Part shown: positions 49,754 to 60,532 of the stretch, one piece after another
Numbering within the stretch: position 1 is the stretch's first letter
How the letters are laid out: each line of letters begins with the position of its first letter
Made by a program: the position numbers and the translations under genes
The notes under the pieces: generated by a model
The model's input: only the letters and a program-made list of their open reading frames with translations
What the model was told of the DNA's origin: nothing
The model's database searches: none
Assembly (NCBI GenBank): GCA_965217895.1
Contig: CBDCJV010000002.1
Coordinates: 1,920,001-1,984,000 of the forward strand
Direction of reading: 5' to 3'
From: Waterburya sp.
GTDB lineage: Bacteria > Cyanobacteriota > Cyanobacteriia > Cyanobacteriales > Xenococcaceae
DNA length: 64,000 nucleotides

Positions 49754-51346
49754 ATGAATAATACAGATCATCAATTTGCTTTAACTACTCCCCTTTATTA
49801 CGTTAACGGTGTACCGCATATTGGTAGTGCCTACACTACTATGGTGGCTGATGCTGCTGCTAGATTTCAGCGTTTGCAGGGAAAATCTGTTTTATTTATT
49901 ACTGGAACAGATGAACACGGACAAAAGATTCAGCGTACTGCTGTTGAACAAAACTTAGATCCTCAAGTTTTTTGCGATCGCAATGTTGAAAGCTTTAAAT
50001 CTTTGTGGTCACAATTAAACATCAAATACGATCGTTTTAGTCGTACTACTGCGCCTAATCATCAAGCAATTGTCAATGAGTTTTTTGAGCGTGTCTGGCA
50101 ACAGGGTGATATTTACCTCGATCGCCAACAGGGTTGGTACTGCGTCTCGTGTGAAGAGTTCAAGGAAGAACGAGAATTAATCGACGATCATCATTGCGCT
50201 ATTCATACCAATAAACAAGCAGAATGGCGAGATGAAGAAAATTATTTCTTTCGTCTTTCTAACTATCAGAAGTATTTAGAAAAACTATACGAGTCTCAAC
50301 CAGACTTTATCCAACCAGCTACTCGGCGTAATGAAGTTATCAACTTTGTCAAACAAGGTTTAAAAGATTTCTCTATTTCTCGCGTTAATTTAGACTGGGG
50401 TTTTCCTGTTCCTGTAGATGAAAAGCACACTATCTATGTTTGGTTTGATGCTCTTTTAGGCTATATTACCGCTCTGCTTGAAAGCGATCGAGAACCAACT
50501 TTAGATAATGCCTTGTCTCAATGGTGGCCGATTAATTTACATTTAATTGGTAAAGATATATTGCGTTTTCATGCGGTTTACTGGCCTGCTATGTTAGCTT
50601 CTGCTGGTTTGCCTATACCAAATAAAGTGTTTGGTCATGGTTTTTTGACCAAAGATGGACTCAAAATGGGAAAAACTTTGGGCAATACCGTCGATCCCTT
50701 TGAGTTAGTAAATAAGTATGGTGCAGACGCTGTACGCTATTACTTTCTCAAAGAAATTGAGTTAGGTAAAGACGGCGATTTTAATGAAACTCGTTTTATT
50801 GAAGTGCTTAATAATGATTTAGCTAATGTCTTGGGCAACTCGCTAAACCGAACTCTGGGGATGTTAACCAAATATTGCCAAAGTAAAGTTCCGCAGTTAA
50901 ACAGCGATGACTATGGTTCAAACCATCCACTTTTTAGTATTGGCGTGAATTTAGGCGATCGCGTGGCTTTAGCTTACGAAAATCTGCAATTTAGTCAGGC
51001 TTGCGAAGAAATATTAACTTTGGTGCGCTCTTGCAATAAATATATTGATGAGAGTGCGCCTTGGAGTTTATTTAAGCAGCAAAAGCAATCTGAGGTAGAA
51101 CATATTTTATCTGCCGTCTTAGAGTCTGTACGTTTGTCCGCTTACTTATTATCTCCTGTGATCCCCGACATCAGCACTAAAATTTATCAACAGTTAGGGT
51201 TTGACTGGGATTTTAACAGTAGCGATCGAGTACAGACTAAGGAAGATTTTCTGGTTCATTCAAAGTGGGGCAAACTGTCTATTAATAAAAAACTAGATAA
51301 GGCTAGCCCAGTCTTTTCTAAATTAGAATTACCGTCGAAAGATTAA
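49754..51346 (+). CDS. metG: Methionine--tRNA ligase
   Basis: PHIGSAY, TGTDEHGQKI, YVWFDAL, GKDILRFHAVYWP, KMGKT. Confidence 0.98.
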   Translation: MNNTDHQFALTTPLYYVNGVPHIGSAYTTMVADAAARFQRLQGKSVLFITGTDEHGQKIQRTAVEQNLDPQVFCDRNVESFKSLWSQLNIKYDRFSRTTAPNHQAIVNEFFERVWQQGDIYLDRQQGWYCVSCEEFKEERELIDDHHCAIHTNKQAEWRDEENYFFRLSNYQKYLEKLYESQPDFIQPATRRNEVINFVKQGLKDFSISRVNLDWGFPVPVDEKHTIYVWFDALLGYITALLESDREPTLDNALSQWWPINLHLIGKDILRFHAVYWPAMLASAGLPIPNKVFGHGFLTKDGLKMGKTLGNTVDPFELVNKYGADAVRYYFLKEIELGKDGDFNETRFIEVLNNDLANVLGNSLNRTLGMLTKYCQSKVPQLNSDDYGSNHPLFSIGVNLGDRVALAYENLQFSQACEEILTLVRSCNKYIDESAPWSLFKQQKQSEVEHILSAVLESVRLSAYLLSPVIPDISTKIYQQLGFDWDFNSSDRVQTKEDFLVHSKWGKLSINKKLDKASPVFSKLELPSKD

Positions 51347-51652
51347 ATTAAGACGAGTAATTTAGCACAGTATTTTTTTACTGGTATAAGGTTACTTACA
51401 TAAACAACAAGCAACCGTGACACTATCGTTGATATTTAAGCCTATCTAGATTAACAAATACTATAGATAGAAAATTGATTATTTACTTTAACGCTCAACT
51501 GTAGACCGCACAAGGCGGTCAAAAATTTAAAAGCTCGATCTCAACTTATAAAACTAGAATACTCGGTTTGGCTGTTTTATACGGTCAGTAATTATAGGGT
51601 TAATCCACCCAAATAGAAAAACTTTTTTGTATAAAAAACGAGGCTTAATAAA

Positions 51653-52246
51653 ATGTTGGACAACTTCGGAAGTGACCCTATCTTTACATCTGAACAGATT
51701 TTAGAAAATAGAGGACGGGTGGGAATTTTTATTGATGGTTCAAATTTGTTTTACGCTGCACTACAGCTAGGTATTGAAATTGATTACAGTAAACTCTTGT
51801 ACCGTCTTACGGGAGGTTCAAGATTACTCAGATCGTTTTTCTACACGGGAGTAGATCGCACTAACGAAAAACAACAGGGCTTTTTATTGTGGATGCGCCG
51901 TAATGGTTATCGCGTCATTGCCAAAGACTTAGTACAGCTACCAGATGGCTCCAAAAAAGCTAATCTAGACGTAGAAATTGCCGTTGATATGATGGCTTTG
52001 GTATCTGCCTATGACACCGCCGTATTGGTCAGTGGCGACGGGGATCTTGCTTATGCAGTAGATGCAGTTAGTTATCGTGGTGCAAGAGTAGAAGTTGTCA
52101 GCTTGCGATCGATGACTAGCGATAGCTTAATTAATGTAGCCGATCGCTATATTGATTTGGATCAAATAAAAGAAGATATTCAAAAAAATACCAAACATGG
52201 CGATCCCTATCGCAGTTTTTCTGGATTTGGCATCTTGGATGAATAG
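51653..52246 (+). CDS. NYN-domain (LabA/DUF88) protein
   Basis: FIDGSNL, KANLDVEIAVDM, LVSGDGD. Confidence 0.92.
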   Translation: MLDNFGSDPIFTSEQILENRGRVGIFIDGSNLFYAALQLGIEIDYSKLLYRLTGGSRLLRSFFYTGVDRTNEKQQGFLLWMRRNGYRVIAKDLVQLPDGSKKANLDVEIAVDMMALVSAYDTAVLVSGDGDLAYAVDAVSYRGARVEVVSLRSMTSDSLINVADRYIDLDQIKEDIQKNTKHGDPYRSFSGFGILDE

Positions 52247-53402
52247 AAAATCTCTGAGGAGAAAGGCATTGCTTTTCTCCTACAGTTCATTGTTGGTATT
52301 ATTACTGGTTATTCTGGTAGGCTGTCAAACATCGCCTCCTAATCTCAAATCTAAACCTGAACCTGAAAGTACAGAGAAGACTAGATTAGATACTCAGTTA
52401 GTTTTAAACAACGCCATTTTAGAGCAGTCTAATAAGCAAGAAAATACAGTCTGGAAAATTAGGGCTGATACTATTACCTACAGTGAAGACAAAGAGATCG
52501 CTAACTTAAGTCAGGTTGTAGGCAATTTATTACAAGATGGCAAAATAATCTTGCAAATTAGTGCCAAGAGTGGAGAAGTTCAAGATCATGGCAACGTCAT
52601 AGTTTTAAAAGAAGATGTAATTGCCAGCGATCCCCGCAACCAAAGCACCATTGAAAGTAATATTGTAGAATGGCGACCTCAAGAAAATGTGTTATTGATC
52701 GAAGACAGTTTAAAAGGTATCGATTCTAATTTAGAAGTTACTGCTAAATCAGGCAAGTATTTTACTGACCGTGAAAGCTTAGAAATACAGGGTAATGTTG
52801 TCGCTACGACGAATAAACCTGCCTTGCAGTTAACCAGCGATCGCCTGACCTGGAATATTGCTCAAAACCAGCTCAAAAGTCCTGGCGCGGTCGAAATAGT
52901 AGGTTTCGACCAAGGTGAAACCGTTACCGATAAATTAGTGAGCGATCGCGCTGAAGTTAATTTAACTCAAAACATTGCTACTTTATACAACAATATTGAA
53001 TTTATATCGCTTCAGCCAAAATTACAGGCTGCTACCAATTTTTTAACCTGGGATTATCAAAAGCGTGTCGGCAAAACGGATAAACCAATTGAGATTTTAA
53101 ACCGCGATCGCCAAATTAGCCTTACAGGTAACACGGGCGAAATTGACCTTCAGCAGCAGATAGCTAAATTACAGGATGGAGTGCGGGGAATTAATCAGCA
53201 AAAGCAATCAGAATTGTATGCTCGTCAATTAACCTGGAAAATAGATACAGAAGAAATTACCGCGACCGATAATGTGATTTACGAGCAAACAGATCCAAAA
53301 GCCAGATTAGCGGGAGAAAAAGCAGTAGGTACTTTGAGCAACAACAACATCGTCGTCACCAGCGATGGCAAAAAACAAGTTACTTCAGTTATCGATAACT
53401 GA
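52239..53402 (+). CDS. lptC: LPS export periplasmic protein LptC-like lipoprotein
   Basis: Lipoprotein-like LVGC, repeated beta-jellyroll segments; follows metG-NYN as in other cyanobacteria. Confidence 0.8.
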   Translation: MNRKSLRRKALLFSYSSLLVLLLVILVGCQTSPPNLKSKPEPESTEKTRLDTQLVLNNAILEQSNKQENTVWKIRADTITYSEDKEIANLSQVVGNLLQDGKIILQISAKSGEVQDHGNVIVLKEDVIASDPRNQSTIESNIVEWRPQENVLLIEDSLKGIDSNLEVTAKSGKYFTDRESLEIQGNVVATTNKPALQLTSDRLTWNIAQNQLKSPGAVEIVGFDQGETVTDKLVSDRAEVNLTQNIATLYNNIEFISLQPKLQAATNFLTWDYQKRVGKTDKPIEILNRDRQISLTGNTGEIDLQQQIAKLQDGVRGINQQKQSELYARQLTWKIDTEEITATDNVIYEQTDPKARLAGEKAVGTLSNNNIVVTSDGKKQVTSVIDN

Positions 53403-53445
53403 GTCATTTTGAATTTATATTGAATTTTGTAATTTGAATTAATTA

Positions 53446-55737
53446 ATGGAATTGCCAGAAAAAAAGATTAGAAAGAAGACAAAGAACACTAATACTGTCA
53501 AAGGGATAGAGCATTCCTGGGCAATTACCGTAGTGTTTAGCCTATTTTTTATTTCGGGCTTTACGGCACTGCTTTATCAGGTGACTTGGCAGCGGATGTT
53601 GGGATTATTTTCTGGTTCGGATGTTCGCTCAGTGACGGTGGTAATTGCTTCATATTTACTCGGATTAGGATTGGGAAATCTAATCAGTAGTTATAATTGC
53701 GATCGCCTTAATAATCGACAGTGTGTTCAAGTTTATGGCTTGTGTAATTTGGGCATTGCTATTTTTGCTGTTTTAAGCCGTTTCTTATTTTATGACCTGC
53801 TATTTCTCAGGTTGCAATATTTAGCTCAATCTGGTCTATTGATGCTAGCGATCGTGTTTGTAAGCCTTTTGATACCCACTACCTTAATGGGTTTATCTCT
53901 GCCTTTGTTATCTAAAGCAATCAATAGTGGTGTAGAAAAGGCAGCTTCTCGGATTGGTTGGCTATACGGCGTAAATACTTTGGGTTCGGGATTAGGTACT
54001 TTAGTTTCTGGCTGGTATCTAGTTGGAACTTTTGGCTATGAAAAAACGGTGTATTTAGGGGCGATATTTAGTAGTTTAGTTTGTTTGACTGCCCTAATTA
54101 TTGCTCGACAATTTAAAAATACAAATCTTAGTCGGCAAAAAGATACGGCGGTTTCTACTTCTCAACAAAAGCAGCAAGAATCTATCCGAGAATGGTATTT
54201 ACTGGTTTTTCTTTCAGGTTTTACGGCGATCTCTTGGGAAATTATTTGGTTTCGGGTTTTAGATATTGCCTTACAGTCAAATGCCTATACTTACGGTCAT
54301 TTATTAGCTTTTATACTAGTTAGTAATGGTTTGGGAAGTATGCTGGGGTCAAAAACAATCCAGCATATTCGTCGCCCCAAAAAAGCGTTTTTATTAATTC
54401 AAGGAACGGTAGCGATTTACTCGGCGATCGCTATTTGGGCGACCGCTCTTGTTTGGCAAACTTATCCTAATTTACGCTCAGATGGTGGCTATATCAACCT
54501 CGATCGTATTGATTTTCCTTTAGTTTTCAAATATTTAATTGTACCTTCGGTGATGATGATAGTGCCTAATTTGCTGCTGGGCTTTTATTTTCCTTTGGTA
54601 CAAAAGGCAGTTCAAAGTCAAGAACAGTCTATCGGCAAACGAGTTGGTTCAATTTTGGTTGCCAATATTCTTGGTAACGTCACGGGAAGTCTATTAACGG
54701 GTTTGGTTTTATTAAATTTATTAGGAACTTCAGGATCGATTAAATTGCTTTGCTGTCTGGGGTTAGGTTTTCTTGTGGCAATTCGTCCTCGCTGGATTCA
54801 AGCTAAATTAACCACTATTTTGGCAGTTATTGCTCTGGCGGTAATTATTACTTTCCCTCAAAACAGCCAGTTTTGGGCAGCCTTACAAGGAATCAACAAA
54901 GATGCTTATTTTATTGTGGCAGAAGATTCTACCAGCGTCGCTGCCATCACCCAAGCAAACAAAAAAGGACGACTATTTGCCAGTGGACAGGTGCAGGCTA
55001 ATTTTCCCTATCTGCACATTCATGGGCTTTTAGGAAGCATTCCTGCTTTGCTTCATCCCCATCCCACCAACGTCATGATTATTGGACTGGGTTCGGGAGG
55101 AACACCTCATAGCATCGGTGCCAATCCTCTGACTAAGCAAATTAAAGTTGTTGAACTTTTGGGTGCAGAGTTAACCGTACTCAAAAAATATGCTCAAACC
55201 CCTGTAGGCAAACCTCTAAAAAACTTATTTGCCGATCCTCGTTACCAAATTGTTGTTGGTGATGGACGTAGAGAATTAGCCCTCTCAGACCAAAAGTTTG
55301 ACATTATTGAAGCCGACGCGATTCAGCCCTGGCGATCGCGTGCGGGAATGCTTTATTCCCAAGAATTTTTTCGAGAAGTACGGGCAAAACTCAAGCCAGG
55401 CGGTTTTTTCGTGGAGTGGAACGTTGGTTCGGGTACACAGAAAACTATGCTTAGTGTATTTCCTCACGTTACCAATGTTGGTCTTGGCAAAAGCAAAAAT
55501 CTTTGGATTTTGATTGGTAGCGATCGCCCTGTTGAATTTGACCGACAGAAGCTACTTAGCAAGCTAGATTTACCGCCAGTCATTAATTTTCTCTCAGAAA
55601 AAGTAGGTCTTGATGTGGCAAAAGTTCGTCAAGATGTCAAAACAGCCCAAGTACAAATGTATTCTCAGACATCAAAAGGTATACCCAAGAAGGTAAATAC
55701 AGATTTATTTCCTAGAGGCGAATATTATCTCAATTGA
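53446..55737 (+). CDS. Fused membrane / spermidine-synthase-like SAM-binding protein
   Basis: Two TM bundles (FISGFTALLYQVTW, LSGFTAISWEIIW) plus C-terminal IIGLGSGGT, VVEL, GDGR, FDIIEAD. Confidence 0.85.
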   Translation: MELPEKKIRKKTKNTNTVKGIEHSWAITVVFSLFFISGFTALLYQVTWQRMLGLFSGSDVRSVTVVIASYLLGLGLGNLISSYNCDRLNNRQCVQVYGLCNLGIAIFAVLSRFLFYDLLFLRLQYLAQSGLLMLAIVFVSLLIPTTLMGLSLPLLSKAINSGVEKAASRIGWLYGVNTLGSGLGTLVSGWYLVGTFGYEKTVYLGAIFSSLVCLTALIIARQFKNTNLSRQKDTAVSTSQQKQQESIREWYLLVFLSGFTAISWEIIWFRVLDIALQSNAYTYGHLLAFILVSNGLGSMLGSKTIQHIRRPKKAFLLIQGTVAIYSAIAIWATALVWQTYPNLRSDGGYINLDRIDFPLVFKYLIVPSVMMIVPNLLLGFYFPLVQKAVQSQEQSIGKRVGSILVANILGNVTGSLLTGLVLLNLLGTSGSIKLLCCLGLGFLVAIRPRWIQAKLTTILAVIALAVIITFPQNSQFWAALQGINKDAYFIVAEDSTSVAAITQANKKGRLFASGQVQANFPYLHIHGLLGSIPALLHPHPTNVMIIGLGSGGTPHSIGANPLTKQIKVVELLGAELTVLKKYAQTPVGKPLKNLFADPRYQIVVGDGRRELALSDQKFDIIEADAIQPWRSRAGMLYSQEFFREVRAKLKPGGFFVEWNVGSGTQKTMLSVFPHVTNVGLGKSKNLWILIGSDRPVEFDRQKLLSKLDLPPVINFLSEKVGLDVAKVRQDVKTAQVQMYSQTSKGIPKKVNTDLFPRGEYYLN

Positions 55738-55870
55738 TCTGGCTAAATTACGCTTACTGTGAATTAGCTTTGTTTTGATTTACTGGTTTTAAGCTATCAG
55801 CTATTAGCTTTTAGCTTTTTAAACATCTGTAATTTCTTGATTAATTCAGCCAGTACTCAAATTTCTTCGA

Positions 55871-56959
55871 TCATTGCCACTGGCTACGAATGCGATCGAC
55901 TGCTTCCATAATTTTGAGAGTTTCATTTAAAGGCATAACTTCACTTTCTAATTGCCCATTTTGAAGACAGTTCATGACTTCTAATGCTTCATAGTTATAA
56001 CCATTCCCTGTCATAGGTTCGACTGTTGTTTGGTCAGACACAAGCAGGCTGGAAATAAACATATACCCGCGCTTAATTAGTCTGTTTTGTTTGGCAGCAG
56101 CAACCAACCTCTGTTTAAAACTGAGAGGTGTCAAAGGAGAAGGATAAGATTGAGTCAATTGAGAAAACTTGCTGACAGATATTTTTTCAGGTTTAATAAA
56201 GAGTTCATGAATAACAATCTTGCCCTTTGTACCCATAATTACCGCTTGATTAGAACTATAGGTACAAAGGGATTGAGATAAGGTAGCTAGTTTCCCTTGA
56301 GGATAATTTAATAAAATTGTAGACTGTTCATCTACACCAGAAGGAGCGATCGCCCCCTGAGCAACTATTTGTGAAGGCTCTCCAAAAAGATAATAAGCTA
56401 AAGACAGTCCATAAACACCGCGATCTAATAATGCTCCACCCCCAACTTCTGGCTTAAAAAAGCGACTGTCAGAATCGTAGGCAAAAGGATAGCCAAAATC
56501 AGCACTTAGCAGCTTAAGATCGCCTATTTCCCCTGACTCAATTTTTCTTTTTACTGTTTGGATCAGAGGCATAAAACGCATCCACATTGCTTCCATGCAG
56601 AACAGCTTTTGGCTGCGCGCCACTTGAATTATCTCTTGTGTCTCTTGGGCATTAAGAGCAAAGGGCTTTTCACAAAGAACGGGCTTGCCAGCTTTTAAAG
56701 CTAAAATACACAAATCTTTGTGGGTATGATTTGGGGTAGCAACATAAACAACATCAAGATCGGGGTCATTGACTAATTGTTCATAGCTTTTATAAGCTCG
56801 TGGTAGAGCAAATATTTGCGCAAAAGCTTGAGCTTTTTTCTCTTTTCTCGAAGCTACACCCAATAATTGTGCATTTGGGACAGATTCTAATCCTTTGGCA
56901 AATTCTCCTGCTATAAAACCTGTACCTAATATTCCCCAGCGTATAAATTGTGATGACAT
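55871..56959 (-). CDS. Gfo/Idh/MocA oxidoreductase
   Basis: WGILGTGFIA, YVATPN, LCEKPF, GGGALLDRGVY. Confidence 0.92.
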   Translation of the reverse strand: MSSQFIRWGILGTGFIAGEFAKGLESVPNAQLLGVASRKEKKAQAFAQIFALPRAYKSYEQLVNDPDLDVVYVATPNHTHKDLCILALKAGKPVLCEKPFALNAQETQEIIQVARSQKLFCMEAMWMRFMPLIQTVKRKIESGEIGDLKLLSADFGYPFAYDSDSRFFKPEVGGGALLDRGVYGLSLAYYLFGEPSQIVAQGAIAPSGVDEQSTILLNYPQGKLATLSQSLCTYSSNQAVIMGTKGKIVIHELFIKPEKISVSKFSQLTQSYPSPLTPLSFKQRLVAAAKQNRLIKRGYMFISSLLVSDQTTVEPMTGNGYNYEALEVMNCLQNGQLESEVMPLNETLKIMEAVDRIRSQWQ

Positions 56960-57013
56960 TACTCAGATTTAAATTGCTTTCTTGAAAAAACGGTTTCTTG
57001 AAAAAATGCTGGT

Positions 57014-58150
57014 TTATTTAGCCCAGGACATAGGTTCAATCGGTTCAAAAGAAGACTTGATTTGATAAGTGCCATTGGTTTGTCTAGCATTATGTATTGC
57101 CAAAGTTAACTCATTAACATGAAGAGAATATCGAGCCGAAAGGCGACAGGGACGATTCTCTCTAGCTGCATCGACCATTTCGACGATGCCTCTAGCGAAA
57201 TCCATTTGAAAAGCAGCGCGATAGTTGAATTTTTTGAATTGTTGATTTTTAAGCTTGTATTTCTGCTTAATAGGACTTATAAATCTTTTGCGTCGCAGAT
57301 TAAACATTCGTCTGATATGCACAGGAGAATTATAAAACCAGCAATCTTGAATGCTGATTATTCCGTCCTCGCCAAAAATTCGCAAACTATGGTCGTGAGG
57401 GGCAATAATACTACAGGTCAACCTAGCCACTACTCCTGAAGCAAATTTGATGCAGGCTACAGAGAAATCAGGGGAGTCTATCTCTAAAGCTATATCTGTT
57501 TCCTTATCTTTAATTTGAGTAGAACCAAAGGCGGTAACGCTTTCGGCTCTGCCAAAAAAGGCAGGCAACCAAGAAAGATAGTAACCAGCGTGTTCTAGGG
57601 TGCAGCCTACTTCAAATTCGTCTATGTATGGCCAAGGAATACCCGACTCACTAACCCAAGATTTGTAGGGCATCTTATGAATCAATCCATCATCCATTTC
57701 AGCATAAACCAAGTAAACTTTCCCTACTACTTCTTCTCGTAGTGCCTTCCACATTGTTTGTGCGGCTTGGCTTAAAAGATTGCACGGGGCTGAGGCTAAA
57801 TATAGTCCTTGTTGCTCGGCGAAATCAACTAATTTTTCTGCTTGCTCCATTTCCATTGCTAAAGGTTTTTCTGAGTAAACGTGCTTATTCGCCTTTAGAC
57901 AAGCAAGAGTTATTTCATAGTGACTTTTGGGGTTTGTCAAATTGACAACCAGCGTTACATCTTGGTCTTCAAGTAATTCTTCTAGTGAGGTATAAATGGG
58001 AACGCGATGGTATTGAGCAAAATTTTCCGCTCTTGTTTTCTTCCAATCATATACTCCCGCTATTTTTAATTCTGAATAGCTTTGCAAGGTTTTTAAGTAG
58101 TAATCAGCTACAAAACCGCATCCAATAATGGCAATTTTAGTATCAGGCAT
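57014..58150 (-). CDS. Gfo/Idh/MocA oxidoreductase
   Basis: IIGCGFVA, NLTNP, HVYSEKPLA, LEHAGY. Confidence 0.9.
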   Translation of the reverse strand: MPDTKIAIIGCGFVADYYLKTLQSYSELKIAGVYDWKKTRAENFAQYHRVPIYTSLEELLEDQDVTLVVNLTNPKSHYEITLACLKANKHVYSEKPLAMEMEQAEKLVDFAEQQGLYLASAPCNLLSQAAQTMWKALREEVVGKVYLVYAEMDDGLIHKMPYKSWVSESGIPWPYIDEFEVGCTLEHAGYYLSWLPAFFGRAESVTAFGSTQIKDKETDIALEIDSPDFSVACIKFASGVVARLTCSIIAPHDHSLRIFGEDGIISIQDCWFYNSPVHIRRMFNLRRKRFISPIKQKYKLKNQQFKKFNYRAAFQMDFARGIVEMVDAARENRPCRLSARYSLHVNELTLAIHNARQTNGTYQIKSSFEPIEPMSWAK

Positions 58151-58429
58151 TTTCAAGTTAGTTTCAATCTTGAGCCTGATTTTAACTTACAATTGAGCTA
58201 ATTAGTTCACAATTATAAAAGCGATGCTAATGTCTCATACAATGCTCTTTTGATGCTAATTTTTAGAAATTACATTACTAAATTTAGGCGTATCAATCTT
58301 AGCTCAATTTTTAGTGGTGTATTATCTCGCTCTAATCTGCATAAAAACATATTTAACTCATAAGAGCTTTAGACAATCAGGTAAAATAATCAGTGATCGC
58401 AAATTTTAAAATTTTAAAGGAGATATTCA

Positions 58430-58525
58430 ATGGGTGGCGTAATTGCTTTTGTATTAATTATTGGTTTGTATACAGGAATTGCTTTAGGTCTATACTTTGG
58501 TTTACGCAAATTTAAAATTATTTAA
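58430..58525 (+). CDS. petL: Cytochrome b6f subunit PetL
   Basis: Manual translation MGGVIAFVLIIGLYTGIALGLYFGLRKFKII (31 aa); AAGGAG RBS; PetL-like C-terminus LYFGLRxxKxI. Not in ORF track. Confidence 0.85.
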   Translation: MGGVIAFVLIIGLYTGIALGLYFGLRKFKII

Positions 58526-58546
58526 TCTACTCATCAACTGATACAG

Positions 58547-58578
58547 TCAAAGCATTGCCAATCATGACGATGCTTTGA
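58547..58578 (+). terminator. Hairpin downstream of petL
   Basis: TCAAAGCATTG-N10-CGATGCTTTGA. Confidence 0.6.
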
Positions 58579-58710
58579 AATTTAGCTTTAATTCTCTGAT
58601 TATGACAATTTCTGTTATTTAAACGGCACAATAAACATATATGAGACTTAATGGTAATAACAGCAATGCTAGTTATTTAACCAAAACAATTGAATCAGAG
58701 GTAAGTTAGA

Positions 58711-59487
58711 TTGGACGAATCATATCAAGACTATATCAACCGAGTTGCTAGGTTAACTTTACCCAGTGCTTGTTCGATGCAATTACAAACTGTTCAACAC
58801 TCTCCCAAGTTTATCGACGGCAAGCCAGTATCATTTCCTGGGTATAGTGTAATTACTCCTCCTGCGAAAGAAGATACAGCCAACGAAGGTTTTTATAAGC
58901 AGGTAGAAAACCTACAGCAGCAATTATCTCAGCAATTAGAGCCTGGCTTTTTTATTCCCTTGCCGTCAACAAGTTTTCATTTTACTTTGGCAGACTTAGT
59001 TTGGGATGATAATTATCGGCAGATAGCAGCAGCAAATCCTAGTTTTGATCGAGAGTTACGCCATCAGGTTGCTATTAGTTTTGAGCAGTATAAAGATTCT
59101 ATATCGGCTCATCAATCTCTTTCATGGCAATTATGGGGAATTATTACCAGACCTAGAGCAATTATGGCTTGTCTAGTCCCTAAAGACCAAGAGAGCTATC
59201 AGTTGGTAGTTAAATTGCGTCGTTCTCTTTATCAGAATGCAGGGTTAATTGGTTTAGGAATTGAACAGCAGTACGACTTAACGGCTCATATTACTTTAGG
59301 GTACTTTGGTGATATACCTTCTAGTTTAAACCGCGATCGCCTTTGTATTGTTCTATCGCAAATTAACGATCGCCTAGTGGAAAGTGAACTACCCGAATTT
59401 GTGATTGAACAGGCGCAACTACGCAAGTTTGAAGACATGGTTCATTATCATCGTGAACCTGATTGGGCTGCCGTTCAATTCAATTAA
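58711..59487 (+). CDS. DUF1868 / 2H-phosphoesterase-like protein
   Basis: Two HxT motifs (SFHFTL, AHITLGY) and FPGYSVI. Confidence 0.78.
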   Translation: MDESYQDYINRVARLTLPSACSMQLQTVQHSPKFIDGKPVSFPGYSVITPPAKEDTANEGFYKQVENLQQQLSQQLEPGFFIPLPSTSFHFTLADLVWDDNYRQIAAANPSFDRELRHQVAISFEQYKDSISAHQSLSWQLWGIITRPRAIMACLVPKDQESYQLVVKLRRSLYQNAGLIGLGIEQQYDLTAHITLGYFGDIPSSLNRDRLCIVLSQINDRLVESELPEFVIEQAQLRKFEDMVHYHREPDWAAVQFN

Positions 59488-59542
59488 CAATGAACAATTA
59501 AGTGTATTAAATGATGTTTTTAATAGTTGAGCAATATCAGCT

Positions 59543-60178
59543 TTGAATCATAGTGAGTTAAATCATCCAATTGTTGAACAAAGTTTTGCCATCATAGACA
59601 AGGAGGTAGGAGAGCATAATCTTAGTCTAGAAGAATATGCGATCGCCCGTCGGGTAATTCATGCTACTGCGGACTTTGAATATTTGAACCTGTTGCAGTT
59701 TAGTCCCAAGGCGATCGCTTCTGGTATCTCAGCACTGAGGTCAGGTGTGCCAATTGTGACAGATGTGACGATGGTGCAGCGGGGAATTGCTAGTTTGGTG
59801 GCAAAAACTTTTAAAAACCCAGTTATTGCTGCTATAGAACAGGTGCAGATAGCCGAATCAGAAAAAACTCGCACCGAAACAGGCTTGCTTAAATGTTGGT
59901 CAAAATATCCCCAGGCTGTGTATGTTATCGGCAATGCGCCCACTGCTCTTTTTGCTCTTTGTCAACAGATTGCTAATTCTGCCTCAAAAACGAGACCAGC
60001 ATTAGTTATCGGTGTTCCTGTAGGCTTTGTCTCGGTAATTGAATCTAAACAAGCCCTAACAGAGATAAACGTACCGCAAATTTTAATAAAAGGTAGAAAA
60101 GGAGGCTCTCCCGCAGCAGCTTCTATTTTAAATGCGTTATTGATCTTAGCATCTGATCAAAAAAGATCTAGGCTTTAG
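59543..60178 (+). CDS. cobH: Precorrin-8X methylmutase
   Basis: RRVIHATADF, IGNAPTAL, IGVPVGFV, GRKGGS. Confidence 0.95.
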   Translation: MNHSELNHPIVEQSFAIIDKEVGEHNLSLEEYAIARRVIHATADFEYLNLLQFSPKAIASGISALRSGVPIVTDVTMVQRGIASLVAKTFKNPVIAAIEQVQIAESEKTRTETGLLKCWSKYPQAVYVIGNAPTALFALCQQIANSASKTRPALVIGVPVGFVSVIESKQALTEINVPQILIKGRKGGSPAAASILNALLILASDQKRSRL

Positions 60179-60379
60179 CGATCGCCCCAGACGATCTAAT
60201 TTCTAAATCACAATCATGTCATTTGGACGAGCATTCTTTAATATTTCATTTAGATTCAGACGACTCAGTGAAGCTACACTAAAAGTGTCGGCAAAAAATA
60301 TTTCGCATCCATGCGAATGTATAGTATCAAGCTGTAAATCTAATACTAAATCCGATTGGAAAAAGCATCTTAAGTATTA

Positions 60380-60448
60380 AGTTAGTTGTTCGTAGTTTGT
60401 AGTTCGTATCCCAAAAAACTACAAACGACTAACTACCTACTACCTACT
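60380..60448. repeat. Imperfect 19-bp inverted repeat plus CTACCTA heptamers upstream of rlmN
   Basis: AGTTAGTTGTTCGTAGTTT (60380-60398) / AAACTACAAACGACTAACT (60416-60434), 17/19 complementary. Confidence 0.65.
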
Positions 60449-60532
60449 TCTTAATCCAACAGTTAAGTAACCTATACCAACAGGATTTAGTATAATTATC
60501 CCATTTCTACTCAGGCACTCAGTAAAGACATA

